Assembly: GCF_009914755.1 (NCBI RefSeq)
Contig: NC_060932.1
From: the human T2T-CHM13v2.0 reference genome, Homo sapiens
Direction: 5' to 3' (one strand)
DNA length: 64,000 nt
Shown: piece after piece, positions 35,030-54,429 of the stretch
How the letters are laid out: every line of letters starts with the position of its first letter
Numbering within the stretch: position 1 is the stretch's first letter
Notes under the pieces: generated by a model
Told to the model about the DNA's origin: nothing
Databases searched by the model: none
The model's input: only the letters and a program-made list of their open reading frames with translations
Position numbers and translations under genes: made by a program

Positions 35030-35990
35030 TTTCAAATAAATGAAATCATTCCATATGTTGTCTCTTGTATCTGGCTTCTTTCACTCCACATAAATGTTTT
35101 TGAGGTTCATCAGTCTTGCAGCATGTCTCAGTACTTCATTCCTTTCTATTGTCCAGTGGTATTTTATTTTAAGGACATAACATGTTTTATTTAGTCATTC
35201 ACCAATATACTAAAGGGGAAAGCTTAGATTATTGATTTGAGATCATTCGTCTTTTCTAATATAGGTACTCAAGTTAAATTACAATAAGCACTGTTTCAGT
35301 TGAATACCATAAATGTCAATGTGTTGTATTTTTATTTTCATTCAGATCAAAATACTTTCTGATTTACCTTATAGTTTCTTCTTTTGCTCATGTATATTAT
35401 TTAGAAATCTATTGTTTGATTTCCTAATATTTGTGGTTTCCCCAAATTATGTTGTTATTGATTTCTCATTTAACTTTGTGGTCAGAGCATATAGTTTGTA
35501 TGATTTCAACCCTTTCCATTTATTAAGACTTGGTTTATGCCAGGATATGGTCTGCACTGGGGGATAGTCCATGTGTACTTAAAAAGGGTGTGTATTCTGC
35601 TGCTGTTGGATGGTATGTTCCAGAGGTGACTGTTAGTTCAGGCTGGTTGATCGTGTTCCTCTATGTCTTTATCAACTGCTATTTTTTCTTATACATGAGC
35701 CATAGTTTCCTATTTCCTTAGGCATCTTAAGATATTTTGGTAAAAACTAGATATTTTAGATAACATAAGATAACAACATTGCAATCAGATCCCCATCTCC
35801 TCCTGCCACCCTGCAGGATTTGTGTGGTTATTGCTGTTTTCCTATCATTATTTTTCTTTATTAACTTTCCTAGACTAACTCCCTGAAGTCTGTATTCCCT
35901 GTTGTGTGTTGAGCACTGAACTCTTAGTTTTTAGTTAATGATTGATCAGTGATTTCCTTAGGTGTCTCACGCCAGTAATTCTACTCTTTT
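35030..35990 (-). mobile_element. Old L1M fragments
   Basis: tggcttctttcactc...ttttgaggttcatc; gtggtcagagcatatag; gtgtattctgctgctgttggatgg. Confidence 0.55.
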
Positions 35991-35999
35991 CTGAGAGGC

Positions 36000-36276
36000 T
36001 GTATGTGTGTGCATGTGCATGTGTGCATGTGTGCATGTGCATTTGTGTGTGAGTGCATGTGTATGAGTGTGTTCACGTGCATGTGTGAGTGCATGCGTGT
36101 GTGTGTGTGCATGTGTATGCATGTGCGTGTGTGCATGTGCATGTGTACCTGTGTGTGCATGTGCAAGAGTATGTGTGTGAGTGCATGCATATGCATGTGA
36201 ACATGTGTATGTGTGTGCATGTGTATGTATGTGTGCATGTGCATGTGTATGTGTATGAGTGCATGCGTGTGTGCAT
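36000..36276. repeat. (TG/CATG)n alternating purine-pyrimidine tract
   Basis: Mosaic of gtgt/gcat/gtat units over about 275 bp. Confidence 0.9.
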
Positions 36277-36618
36277 TGGGTCACACGTTCAATGCTGAGA
36301 CAATTCCATGTTAGTTTCCACTTTTAGCTTGCACAGAGCCTCCAGGTCAGCCAGAGATAGCTGGGACCCTCCATGTTTTTCCTGCACATGCACTTGGCCT
36401 TCTAGATCTCCAGGAATATGCCAAGCTTTTCACATCCCCCTTTGGACATCTTCTCCAGATCATTCTTTTAAATTTTTGGTCAGGCTCCTGTTTGCATTAG
36501 GCAGCTGCCATGTTAAGCAATTGCCCTGGGATAGAGTTTTTCAGGAAGGGAGCTCTGAGCCAGATTGAATAATGGCAATACCTTGGAATGTGGCTTTTCC
36601 AAGGAGCTAGAAGACAGA

Positions 36619-36682
36619 CGCGATTGCACCACTGCACTCCAGCCTGAGTGACAGCGAGACCCCGTCTCAAAAAAAAAAAAAA
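36619..36682 (+). mobile_element. 5'-truncated Alu 3' end
   Basis: GATTGCACCACTGCACTCCAGCCTGAGTGACAGCGAGACCCCGTCTC plus poly(A). Confidence 0.85.
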
Positions 36683-39119
36683 ATGATGTTTCCCAAAATG
36701 CATTCAATGCAACTATGGAGGGAAAACAAAAATTGAAAAGAAGATAGGAAATTGAAATGGAATTATTTCAAATTCAGATGAATAATAATAACCAGGAAAT
36801 AAAACATAAAGATGAAGAGGATTTTAAATAACTTTTTAGGGAAGAAAAAAAAATCTAAATTTAAATAGAATAGAAAATGGAGAGAGGAAATCCTTCTTCG
36901 TAGCTCTAAAAAATTAATTCGAGGGGTCAAACTAACTTACTTTCACCTGGCACCCTGATTTCATCTTCAATAATTTTCTGGGCGTTAATCATTCTTATTT
37001 CCCTTCATAATATAAGACTAGTGACAACTGGCCACTAAACATTTGAAATTTCAAAAGGTAAGTGTCATGAATGCAATTGTTTTGGATATCCGTGAAATCA
37101 TATATCTGAAAATATTCTAGCATATATCCTCTATCACCAGACGTCCTTGAAAACATGGAGAGAAGTCACTGTGGGGTGGCAGAATAAGCTTCATGAGTGA
37201 TAAGGTGTCTTTCACCTCCAGGGGCTGGAGTTCAAGGCTTGCTGTGGTTGCACACATTTGGCCTTCTCTCTACGACCTCACTTTGTCCTCAGTGGATATC
37301 TGGCTTGGGCCTCCAGTCTGTCATGTGATGGCTGTAGTGTAGAACAGCAGGCCTGCTCCCTTGTTACAGGGTCTCTGTTCAGCATTGACAAGCATTTGAC
37401 AAGGAAGGACTGAAATATTTTGGGAACCTGAGTAAGTTAGAGTTTACAAAAGGCCTTTGTGCTTTGCCAAGCTGAAATGTTATTTCTGATGGACTAAATG
37501 CCAGCTCTACCTGAACCTAGGGAAGTGAGAAAAATGAAGTTTCCGCAGTAACCACAACACAGCCACTCCCAGCAGCAGGAGGGACCTTTAGTGCATGTGC
37601 AGCTGGGGCCACGGCCTGTCACACACAGGAAGCGGTCACAGAAAAGCTCAGTATTGTGGTTGAGGTGTGTGCTCTTCATACCTCATCAGCACAGCAGGAA
37701 AGAGCCCCTAGGATGGATGTTCCCCCTCCTCATTTGAGAAAGGAAATAACGTGATGTTCATGACTATGCAACTTCTGTAGGAACATGGCATGGTGTTAAA
37801 TTCCAAATACTGCTTCTTCTGGTGATTAATATATTACATATTTGCATGGGAGCAGTTTACAAATAAAAATGATGTTTTATTGTTAGTCTGAAAGCTAGAA
37901 GAAGGAGGTAATATTTTTAATAACTGTGGCACTTCAGTTCTGATTATTTTGTGGGGGTCACTTGTTTCCATTAGTGCCAGTGACAATACATTTTGATACT
38001 CTGATTCCTGGTAGGTCATTTTCACATATAGTCAAAAATTTCAGTATAAAGACTTAAAGGACCACGGTAGCTATTAAGATGGTGATTCTTTGGTGTCAGC
38101 AGAAATAAAACAATTGCCCAACAGGCACCTCCTGGGGTAATATGGAGCTAATTGGCAAGTGGGGATGTCCAATCTTTTAAGGGAGGTTTTTTTATGTTTC
38201 TAAGTGCATTGTCTGCAAACACTTAGATTTTTAATATTTTTATCTGATTTTGCATAGCCTTTTGAACTTCTTTACCTTAAAAAATACATTTCTTTATTTT
38301 TAAAAGAATTTAATATTTTCAAGAATCAAATCAATGACCTGTGAATATGCTTAAGTTGTCTTTTATTATTAGTTTAGAAATGTAGCACAATAATCACTCA
38401 TTAAACTATTATATTTCTGAATTGAATTGTTATTAAAAGTTACTACACAAAAATAATGCTGCTATAATTCTACTACTTTGCACAGGTGCTTCTTGAGCAT
38501 GAAAATTCATAATTTTAAGGGGTTGTTTCAAGAGAATTCACTGCTTTTCTAAAAGCACCCTATGTGTTACTCTTTTTACTTTGATCAGAGCACCTACAAT
38601 TGTCGTTTGGACCAGTTCCTCCCCATTTCCCATCCCAGACCTTTTCTCCACTCCTCTGTAAGCCCTCAAGGGCTAGCACATGTGGAGTGCATTCCCTAGG
38701 CTTCTGGTTGGCTAGTTAGGAGTCCCTGGGTAGCAGAGCAGCAAAGGGAGAGATTTGGGGGTTTCCTCTCCTTCCTTGTGTCACAGTCATGCCTCCTGCC
38801 CTGAAGAGCAAGCAGTTTGGTCACCCTTTGCCTAAAGTGCCAGCTCCCACTGGGTTTCAGAGTCTCTGTTCCCTCCCTGTGCCCCTTCCATCCTGTGGGT
38901 GGTGCCAGTCTCCTGCTCCTACTTAACTCCGTGCACCTCATTGTCTTGTTTGTTCTTTTCCTCTGTCTGTGTCTGTATGAGTAAGCCCTGCTTTTAAGGA
39001 TCTTCATTTGACCATTGGGGTGAAGTTTGTTGTTTGCAGGGACCCTTATTCCTTCACATGCCCATCTTGCTACCCAGCTACAGGGTCCTGGAAGCCTGGG
39101 AATTATGGGCGAATTATGT

Positions 39120-41040
39120 GTCATTCAGGGTAGGCTAAGTCATGCTGCAGTAAGGAAACAAATATTAAATTTGAACAACATGAACTATCACTAGCTTAAA
39201 ACATAGAGGTTTATTTCTTGCTTTATGTTAAATGCACATGTTGAGACTATGTCTAGAGTAGGGAGGGGACTCTCTGCTTTTTATAGAAACTTGGGATTCC
39301 AATTGTCATGGCAGAGAGGAAGGGACTGACATTTGTAATAAAATATTCTCTTCTAGGAGTGGCACACGCCAGGCTCTCCATAGCCATTTGGCCTTAGAAC
39401 TAGTCATATGGACCCACCTAAACAGAAGAGGGGCAGGGAATTCAGTCTTGTCATCTGAGGGCGGAAAGTCAGCATGTTTAACAAATAGCACTAGTTCCTA
39501 CTAAGTGTGCGCTTCTGTCACACATACTCAGCTCATGGTCCTCCCCAAAGGCAAGATGTTCTCACTTCTTCTTAAGGGGAGCAGCCCAGGGTTCCAATCC
39601 TGGCAGGCCCTATACTTAAAGTCAAGACTGTCTGCAGAGTGTCTGAGGCCTCCACAGGTGGATGTCTGCCTTGGTCTACAGACCAATGAGCTGTCCCTTT
39701 ATACACCTGATATATGATGGTGAAAAGGGAAGAAAAAGTCGACAATAAACACTCTCTCCACTTGAAAAAATAATAATGAGGGACATACAGAAGTCACTGG
39801 GACTCTAAGTATTCACTGGGCAGATATTTTAAGCATCCCTCACACAGGAAGTGGAATTATTCCTTGACCCAGCTCTGATTCTTCTTCCCAGAGTGCCTTG
39901 ATCACCATGGTCTCCAACACATCCTGAAATATTCTTCCTTCTTCATATGCTCCTTGGTCACATTTGAAATGGTCACTGGGCATGGTTGCTCCTTGGGGAC
40001 TAGTTTCTTGAGCCACTACTTCCCCATGGAATGTTATACACATTTGGTTCTTTTAATTCTAATACAGTCTCAGTCTCCTTTCTCCCTGGCTGATTGTTTC
40101 TTTAGGCAGCAAAACCCTCAAAAGACTTTGGTGGCTTTCAAGAGAATTGATTCCTCAAGTATATGTGGCAAAAACACACCCACTGTTATTTTCTAGATAT
40201 GTTTCTTAAATTCGCTATATTTCTCTGCTTTCTGGGTACCATGTCTTTCTCTCTCACAACTTTAATTCTGGCTTCGGAAGCTGAAATCTTATTTCCCTGA
40301 ATCATTTTGTCCACTTGAGATTTATTTGGTGCCAAAATTGTAACTGATCATTGCTTTAAAATACCTCAATCCATCCTGATATTGTAACAATGCATGTGAC
40401 TTCTATGCCTTGGTATTAAAAAAAATGTTGTTTGTAAAATGTCCCACAATCTGGATTTATGTGAAGATTTAGGTTAACATTTTTGGCAGGAGTACCACAT
40501 AGGCGATTAACATTATTCTAATAATTGTGTCAAATCTGGTGGCACATCATGTCAGTTTGTCTTATGATATGAAGCTTGATCGCTTGATCCCTTACTAATC
40601 ATTTTGCTGTTTTAAAAAGAGCTTTTTCACTTTGTAAATAATCTGCATGGGGTACTTTGGGCAAGGAAGTCCATTCTGGATTAAAGGACACTAAAAATAC
40701 TCTCTGGGTGGTCTCGTGTGCTTTAGCCACAGCTTGCTGGTGGCAAGCTTCTTGGTCTGGAATGGTCCTGGCTGCAGTGACAGCTCTCCCCCTGGGGTCT
40801 GTCACTCAGGCTCTTTCCTATGGGGGACACATTCTCATGGTGGGGTGTGGATCTCCAGTAGAATGCTAAACTTCCTAACTGTTTTTCCAAGGCTTTGCTA
40901 GGGTCTAGTTTGCTATGACTCATTGGCCAGAGAAAAATCCCACTGCCAATCTCAGAGTCAGTGTAGAAATGTATGTCCAAAGGGCATGGTCACAGGGAGG
41001 GCTAAATAAAATGGAGGCTCTTAATGAGTCAGAATGTAAA
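39120..41040 (-). mobile_element. Old MaLR (MLT1J/K/L-type) LTR and internal remnants
   Basis: gggtaggctaagtcatgctgcagtaa...cttaaaacatagaggtttatttcttgc...agaactagtcatatggacccacctaa; second LTR-like block near 40800-41040. Boundaries approximate. Confidence 0.45.
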
Positions 41041-41728
41041 TGCATATGTAATACTGCAGGTGACTGACAATTCTCCTCTGCAGGGAATAGTAGTCTTCAT
41101 TCCCATCAGGAATGAAATTTTATCTGTTAAGAATTTATTGGACTGTCTATTTCTCCAGGATCTCCTCCACAGTATATGTTGTTAAATTTTGGGTTATGTC
41201 ATCAGTCTGATTTTGGAAAATTGTATATCACATCTTAAAAAATTGCATTTCACTTATGCAAAACAGAGAGCATTTTTAGTAAGGTGAACTGCCATTTGTA
41301 GATTTTTTTTTCCTGTAAGCTGGCTTTTTATATCTTCAATCTATTATTAATTGTGTAATTGCAGCTTTATATATTACAAACGAAACCCTTTGTAAAATGT
41401 TGCAAATATAGTTTTACTTTGCTTATGGTGTTTTTTTGTTTGCCTGTTCATCACAGAAATTTTTATGTAATAAAAAATTCTATTAATAAATATTTTCCCT
41501 TATTGCTTCAGGATTTCAAATGATAGGAAATTGTTTTCTGCTGCCATGTTTCAGAGAAATTCATTGGTGTTTTCTGTTAATACTTGTATGGTTTCATTTT
41601 TCACATTTAAATGGCTGATCAATTTGCAATTTATCTTGCTTTCTAGAATAATAATTGAATTTCTTTTCTTTTAAAATATGAACATCAATTTATTTTAATA
41701 ATAACAAAGAACATCAATAAATTTCTTT

Positions 41729-47901
<6,173 letters not shown>

Positions 47902-48559
47902 CAATAAATTTCTTTATTCAAGAGAACCAACTTAATTTAGAAAAGTATGTGGAGATGGTCAAGCCTAAGGGTGATACTGCAAACAATAGAGATTTTGAAG
48001 GAAAGCGATTAAAAGATGGCTGATAGTCCACAAAAGCAAGAAGGTAAACCACAGTAAGTTAGTAGTTTACCAGAGAACCAGAGAAAGAGACAGGTAAGAA
48101 AGGCCTTCTTGGGGTTGGGATAAGCTCCAAAAACTGGCCTAAAAACTACTACTTCATAGAAGTTGGAATTTAGTTGGATCAGACTGTGCAGCAATTTATG
48201 GCCCAGGGCATTGCTGAAAACAACAGAGAAACCAGCCAGCAGTTAGTGGAGGCTAACAACTGGTGTGATGTCATCCAAGGCAGTGGAATTAACAGGGATA
48301 TGAAAGAAAGAGAAAGGCAGAGAGAACCCTAATGTAAACACTGTCTTTCCAAGGTGGCTGTGCACCTGCCCATGGCTACATTTTCTGCAGAGTGATGGCA
48401 GGAGCTGCACACTGTTGTGGAAATAACAATCACTGAACAGTCCAGCTAAGGCAGTAACCAAGTAATAAACCAAATAAACAGGCAAAGAAAAGCAATGAAA
48501 AGCCCTAAACCAGATGAAGATAGCACAAGTAAACAATAACAACAAACTATTGACCAAAA

Positions 48560-48920
48560 CCTCCTAAGGCTATAGACACAAAAATCCTCCACAATATTAT
48601 AGAAAACCACATCCAGCAACATTTAGAAAGTAATACATTATGACCAAGCAGGACTTATCCCAGGAATGCAAGGCGATTTAACATACAAAAATCAATGAAT
48701 GTAAGATACTCTATTGATAGAATAAAGGAACAAAATTCAAATGATCATCTCAATTGCTGCCAATAAAAGCATGGATAAAATCCAACACCAAGATACAAGA
48801 GAACTCCACTTGATAAAGGACATCTATGAAAAACTCAAAGTTAATATCATGTGAATGATAAATTAATTCATCATGATGAATTGATGGTGAATCACTAAAA
48901 GCTTTTCCCGTGATAAAAAA
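48560..48920 (+). mobile_element. Old L1M ORF2 (RT region) fragment
   Basis: cattatgaccaagcaggacttatcccaggaatgcaagg...aaatgatcatctcaattgctgc resembles L1 [12 protein letters not shown]...MIISID. Confidence 0.7.
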
Positions 48921-50158
48921 AAAATACACAGCCTGAAAATCTGTATTCTTCATAAGCATTTACTGTAATTCCATATGGTGAATTCACAGATCAATACTCA
49001 GTAATCTCTGTAAGAGAAAAATAGAATTTTTTTATCTGATTAGAACCGGGAATTAATAACCTATTAAAGAGCACAGATTAAGGGGGAATAATCATTAAAA
49101 ATGACATGCACATATCTTAACCTTTCAATAAACTTGGATTAGTGTAGGTTACCACAAAAGTGACAAGGAGTTTGGTGCAGGTAATTTATTTGGGACTTGG
49201 GAAGTGATTCCAGAAAGCAGAAGGGAGGTAATAGGGAGAACATAACTCCAATATAGAGCAAACATCTCACAGCCTTGCTAGGGGCATTAAAGACTTGAAC
49301 CCACCAGATCATTCTTGGGCCTAGTCATTGCAGCTGTGCCTGAGATCAGAAGTGGGCAGAGAAATGTGAATTGCAGCATTAATGGCATCTGCTACCAATA
49401 TTGATCCTATTCAATAAGAGAACATTTTATTGTATGTCATGCCAACACTCCTTCATTCTTCAATCTTTGAATGCTGGAAAAGTTCCAGAAAGGTTGGTTT
49501 AACTGCAATGTATTTTAGGGGACCTTTAAAACTTATTGAACCTCTCTTTCCTTTAGTTTTCTCATATTAATATTCAGATAACCCTAGTAACTAAGTTGTA
49601 AAATTGTTTTAAGGAATAAATAATCATTACATATAAAGCTATGGAAAAACACCTGACACAAATTTAGCTCTCAGTAGATGCTATTTGTATTGTTAAACTG
49701 GCTGCATTATCTGTAGTTACACACTTGTACTATACACAACCATAATGATTTGCTCTTTTACGTATTTTAAAGTGGATCAAATTTTAAAACACCTTTGTAA
49801 AGAAACCACATAATCAGAATGTGTCTAGATTTTCATGATTTTCCTTCAGTCTTGTACATATGTTTGTCCATACCACAATTTGGTATTTGTTATTTACCTT
49901 CATTGAGTCTTTTCAAAATAGTTAACAGACATTAAATTCCAGTATTCATGTACTTTTTTTGGCAAGGCAATATACATAATGCACATTATTCAAAAGGCAC
50001 AACGCTGTAATCAGTGAGGAGCAAAATCTCTCCTTCCTTGTCCCTGGGCCTCCTAGGTTATTTCCCAGAATCAGTGGCTCTTACCATTTTCTCAAAATTC
50101 CTATTAGAGATGGTCTGTGCCTTCAGAAAGTTTTCCTTAACTTTTTGCTCCACATTTA

Positions 50159-50670
50159 TGTTGGGAGCAGGCCCCCCCAAATCTGCCATAAACTGGCCCC
50201 AAAACTGGCCATAAACAAAATCTCTGCAGCACTGTTACATGTTCATAATGGCCCTAATGCCGAAGCTGGAAGGTTGTGGGTTTACAGGAATGAGGGCAAG
50301 GAACACCTGGCCCACCCAGGGTGGAAAATCTCTTAAAGGCATTCTTAAGCCACAAACAATAGCATGAGCAATCTGTGCCTTAAGGACATGCTCCTGCTGC
50401 AGTTAACTAGCCCAACCTATTCCTTTAATTCAGCCCATCCCTTCATTTCCCATAAGGGATACTTTTAGTTAATCATATATCTATACAAACAATGCTAATG
50501 ACTGGTTTGCTGTTAATAAATATGTAGGTAAATCTCTGTTTAGGGCTGTCAGCTCTGAAGGCTGTGAGACCCCTGATTTCCCACTTCACACCTCTATATT
50601 TCTGTATGTGTCTCTTTAATTCCTCTAGTGCCACTGGGTTAGGGTCTCCCCGACCAAGCTGGTCTCGGCA
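50159..50670 (+). repeat. 5' LTR (MER9a-type)
   Basis: TGTTGGGAGCAGGCCCCCCCAAATC...GGTCTCGGCA; direct repeat of 55362-55874. Confidence 0.92.
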
Positions 50671-50818
50671 AGTGGTGTCCATCATGGGGGTTTGAATCCA
50701 GGTCAAAGGGTCATCAGAATGATGGTTGGAATGGAAAACTAGCTGGAGGACACCCAAGTACTCTTAAAACAATCCCCATGGTGAGTAAGAAGGGGAGCTC
50801 AGAAGCGTCAAGGTAACC

Positions 50819-52130
50819 ATGGGACAGGTGTGGGACCTGGTTCGTTTCACCTTGGAGCTTTTTCACACTGATGATGAGGAGGAATGAGAGTATAGCGAAG
50901 TAACAGAAGAGGTTACAGAGCACGTTTATTTACCAGCTAAAGCTAAAGTGGCAAAGGAAGGGGAGGTTCATCCCTACCCTTCTGCACCCCCTCCTTATTA
51001 TTTTGAAGAAAAAGACCCTCCAGATCTTTCTTTTCCAGAGGACACTGGGCAAAAAGTAGTTGCTCCAGTGACTGTTCAAGCAGTGCCTTGAACGACCGCT
51101 CTTAGTTCTATTCTGGCAGGAATTCAGCAACCTAGATGAGAGGGTGATTTAGAGGCTTGGCAGTTCCCTGTTAGACTACATCCCCCAGATCAACAGGGAA
51201 ATGTAGCTACATTTGAGCCTTTTCCTTTTAAATTACTCAAAGAATTTAAACAAGCTATAAATCAGTATGGACCAGGTTCTCCTTTTGTAATGGGACTGTT
51301 AAAGAATGTTGCTGTTTCCAGTCAGATGATTCCTACTGACTGGGACACTCTTACTCGAGCTTGTCTAACTCCTGCTCTGTTCTTACGATTTAAAACTTGA
51401 TGGGCAGATGAAGCTTCCATTCAGGCTGCTTGCAATGCCCAGGCCCAACCTCAAATTAATATAACTGCAGACCAACTTTTAGGGGTTGGTGGCTGGGCTG
51501 GCTTAGATGCACAAGTGGTCATGCAGGATGATGCCACAGAACAGCTTAGCAGAGTGTGCATTAGAGCTTGGGAAAAAATCACTTCAAATGCGGAACAATA
51601 CCCTTCCTTTAGTGCTATAAAACAGGGACCAAGAGAACCATACTTTTATATTATATCTCGGTTACAGGAGTCTCTTAAAAAGATGATTGCAGATTTGGCT
51701 GCTCAGGATATAGTGTTGCAATTACTAGCTTTCGACAATGCTAATCCTGATTGCCAGGCTGCTCTGTGACCTATCAGAGGGAATGCACATTTAGTTGATT
51801 ATATCAAGGCCTGTGATGGTATCAGAGGTAATCTGCATAAAGCTACTCTGCTAGCATAGCCAATGGCAGGACTGAGAGTGGATAAAGGAAATACTCCATT
51901 TCCTGGAGCTTGTTTTAACTGTGGGAAGCATGGTCATACTAAAAAAGAATGTAGAAAAAATCAGTGAGTCAGGCCACCGATAGGGGAAAAAAGAAAACTG
52001 CTGATCCTGAAATATATCCAAAATGTGAAAAAGAAAAACATTGGACTAATCAGTGTCACTCTAAGTTTGATAAAGAAGGGAACCTGATTTTGGGAAGCAC
52101 CATGAGGGGCCCATCCGGGGCCCCATTCTA
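50819..52130 (+). pseudogene. HML-3 gag remnant
   Basis: ATG GGA CAG (MGQ); capsid MHR-like IKQGPREPY; zinc knuckle CFNCGKHGHTKKEC at 51911-51952; multiple stops. Confidence 0.85.
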
Positions 52131-52169
52131 AACTGGGGCATTTCCAGCTCAGGCCATTCCCTCACCCCC

Positions 52170-53010
52170 ATACAATGTCTGTCCCCCACCACAGCCAGGA
52201 GTGCTGCAGTAGATTTATGCTGCACAAAAGCTGTGAGCCTTCTGCCTGGGGAACCCCCACAAAAGGTCCCAGCAAGAGTCTGTGGACCCTTGCCAGCAGG
52301 GACAGTAGGATTACTTTTAGGAAGGTCTAGTTTAAGTTTAAAAGAGGTACAGATACATACAGGAGTCATTGATTCAGATTATAAAGTGGAAATTCAGATT
52401 GTTGTATCTACTTCTGTTCCCTGGAAAGCAGAGCCAGGAGAGCGCATAGCACAGCTCCTGGTTGTGCCCTATGTGGGAACGGGAAAAAGTGAAATTAAAC
52501 AAACAGAAGGATTTGGAAGCACAAATAAACAAGGCAAAGCAGCTTACTGGGTAAATCAAATTACTGATAAACATCTTACCTGTGAAATAACTATTCAGGG
52601 AAAGAAATTTAAAGGTTTGGTAGATACAGGAGCAGACGTTTCAATCATTTCTCTGCAGCACTGGCCATCCATGTGGCCAATTCAATCCACTCAATTTAAC
52701 ATAGTTGGAGTTGGTAAAGCCCCTGAAGTATATCAAAGTAGTTATATTTTGCATTGTGAAGGGCCCAATGGACAACCTGGGACTATTTGACCAATTATAA
52801 CTTCTGTACCTATAAATTTATGGGGAAGAGATTTATTACAACAATGGGGAGCACAAGTTCTAATTCCAGAACAATTATATAGCCCTCAAAGTCAACATAC
52901 AATGCATGAAATGGGGTATGTCCCTGGTATGGGACTAGAAAAAAATTTGCAAGGTTTGAAAGAACTGCTTCAAGTGGAAAAACAAAGTTTCCGCCAAAGA
53001 TTAGGAAATA
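52170..53010 (+). pseudogene. HML-3 pro remnant (dUTPase-protease-G-patch)
   Basis: SAAVDL, GLLLGRSS, GVIDSDY, ERIAQL, GFGST dUTPase motifs; protease LVDTGAD; TGA at 52788-52790 before NLWGRDLL; G-patch-like MGYVPGMGL. Confidence 0.88.
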
Positions 53011-53014
53011 ACTT

Positions 53015-54429
53015 TTGATGGCGGCCATTGTTAAGCCTCCAGAACCTATATCTTTAAAATGGTTAACAGATAAGCCAATTTGGATAGAACAATGGCTGCT
53101 AAGTAAAGAGACACTGGAGGCTTTAGAGAAATTAGTTACTGAGCAATTAGAAAATGGGCACATAGCTCCAAATTTTCTCTTTGGAATTCTCCAGTTTTCG
53201 TAATGAAGAAAAAATGAGGTAAATGGAGAATGTTAACTGATTTAAGAGCCATTAATTCAGTTACACAACCTATGGGAGCATAACAACCAGGAGTGCCTTC
53301 TCCTGCTATAATTCCAAAAAATTGGCCTTTGATAGTCATTGATTTAAAAGACTGTTTCTTTATTATCTCTTTAGCTGAGCAAGACTGTGAATGGTTTGCA
53401 TTTACAATTCCTGCAGCAAACAACCTGCAGCCTGCTAAGTGTTTTCATTGTTTTACAGATGGGTCTAGTAATGGTAAAGCTTCTTATTTTGGATCAAAAT
53501 GTAAAGTTTTTCAGATGCCCTATACTTCAGCTCAAAAAGTGGAGCTTGTAGCTATAATTGAGGTATTGACTACTTTTGATATGCCTATTAATGTGATTTC
53601 TGATTCTTCATATGTGGTTCATTCCACACAGTTAATTGAAAATGCTCAGTTACAATTTCATACAGATGAACAACTGATGACTTTATTTACCCAATTGCAA
53701 ACAGCAGTTAGGAGTAGAATGCATCCTTTTTACATCACTCACATTAGGGCTCATAGACCTCTTCCAGGACCTTTGACTAAAGGGAATCAAATGGCTGATT
53801 GCCTAGTTGCAAATGCAATATCTAATGCTAGACATTTTCACAATTTAACCCATGTTAATGCCTCTGGTCTCAAACGCAGATACAGCATTAACTGGAAAGA
53901 AGCTAAAGTGATTATCCAGCGATGCCCAACTTGCCAAATGGTACATTCCTCATCTTTTACAGGAGGAGTTAATCCTCGAGGATTGGAACCTAACTCTTTT
54001 TGGCAAATGGATGTCACACATGTTCCCTCATTTGGGAGACTAGCTTATGTACATGTATGTGTGGACACCTTTTCTCACATTGTCTGGGCTACACGCCAAA
54101 CAGGAGAGTCTTCTGCCTGTGTTAAACATCATCTTTTGCAGGGTTTTGTGGTGATGGGCATTCCAGCTTCTATTAAAACAGATAATGTCCCAGGCTATAC
54201 TAGCCAAGCTCTGGCTACATTTTTCTCTATGTTGAATATTAAACGCATTACTGATATCCCATACAATTCTCAAGGTAAAATAATAACTTGGGGTAGAGGT
54301 TATGCTTGTGTTTCTCCAGGCAAAAATCAACAGCCGATTTGGATACCATCAAGACACCTTAAATCTTATTATGAGCCAGATTCCGGGAGGATCCCAAGGA
54401 CCCCTCAGTTTCAGCCATGTCAAGACTGA
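53015..54429 (+). pseudogene. HML-3 pol remnant (RT N-terminus / RNase H / partial integrase)
   Basis: [23 protein letters not shown]; FTDGSS; integrase HHCC, WQMDVTH, KTDN; no LPQG/YMDD. Confidence 0.88.

Noticed and set aside
35967-36298. His/Thr- and Cys/Val/Met-rich ORFs (also 56402-56800)
   Set aside because: Translation artefacts of (TG/CA)n repeats.
36600-36700. TSD around the truncated Alu 3' end
   Set aside because: No flanking duplication found; cannot distinguish insertion-mediated deletion from decay.
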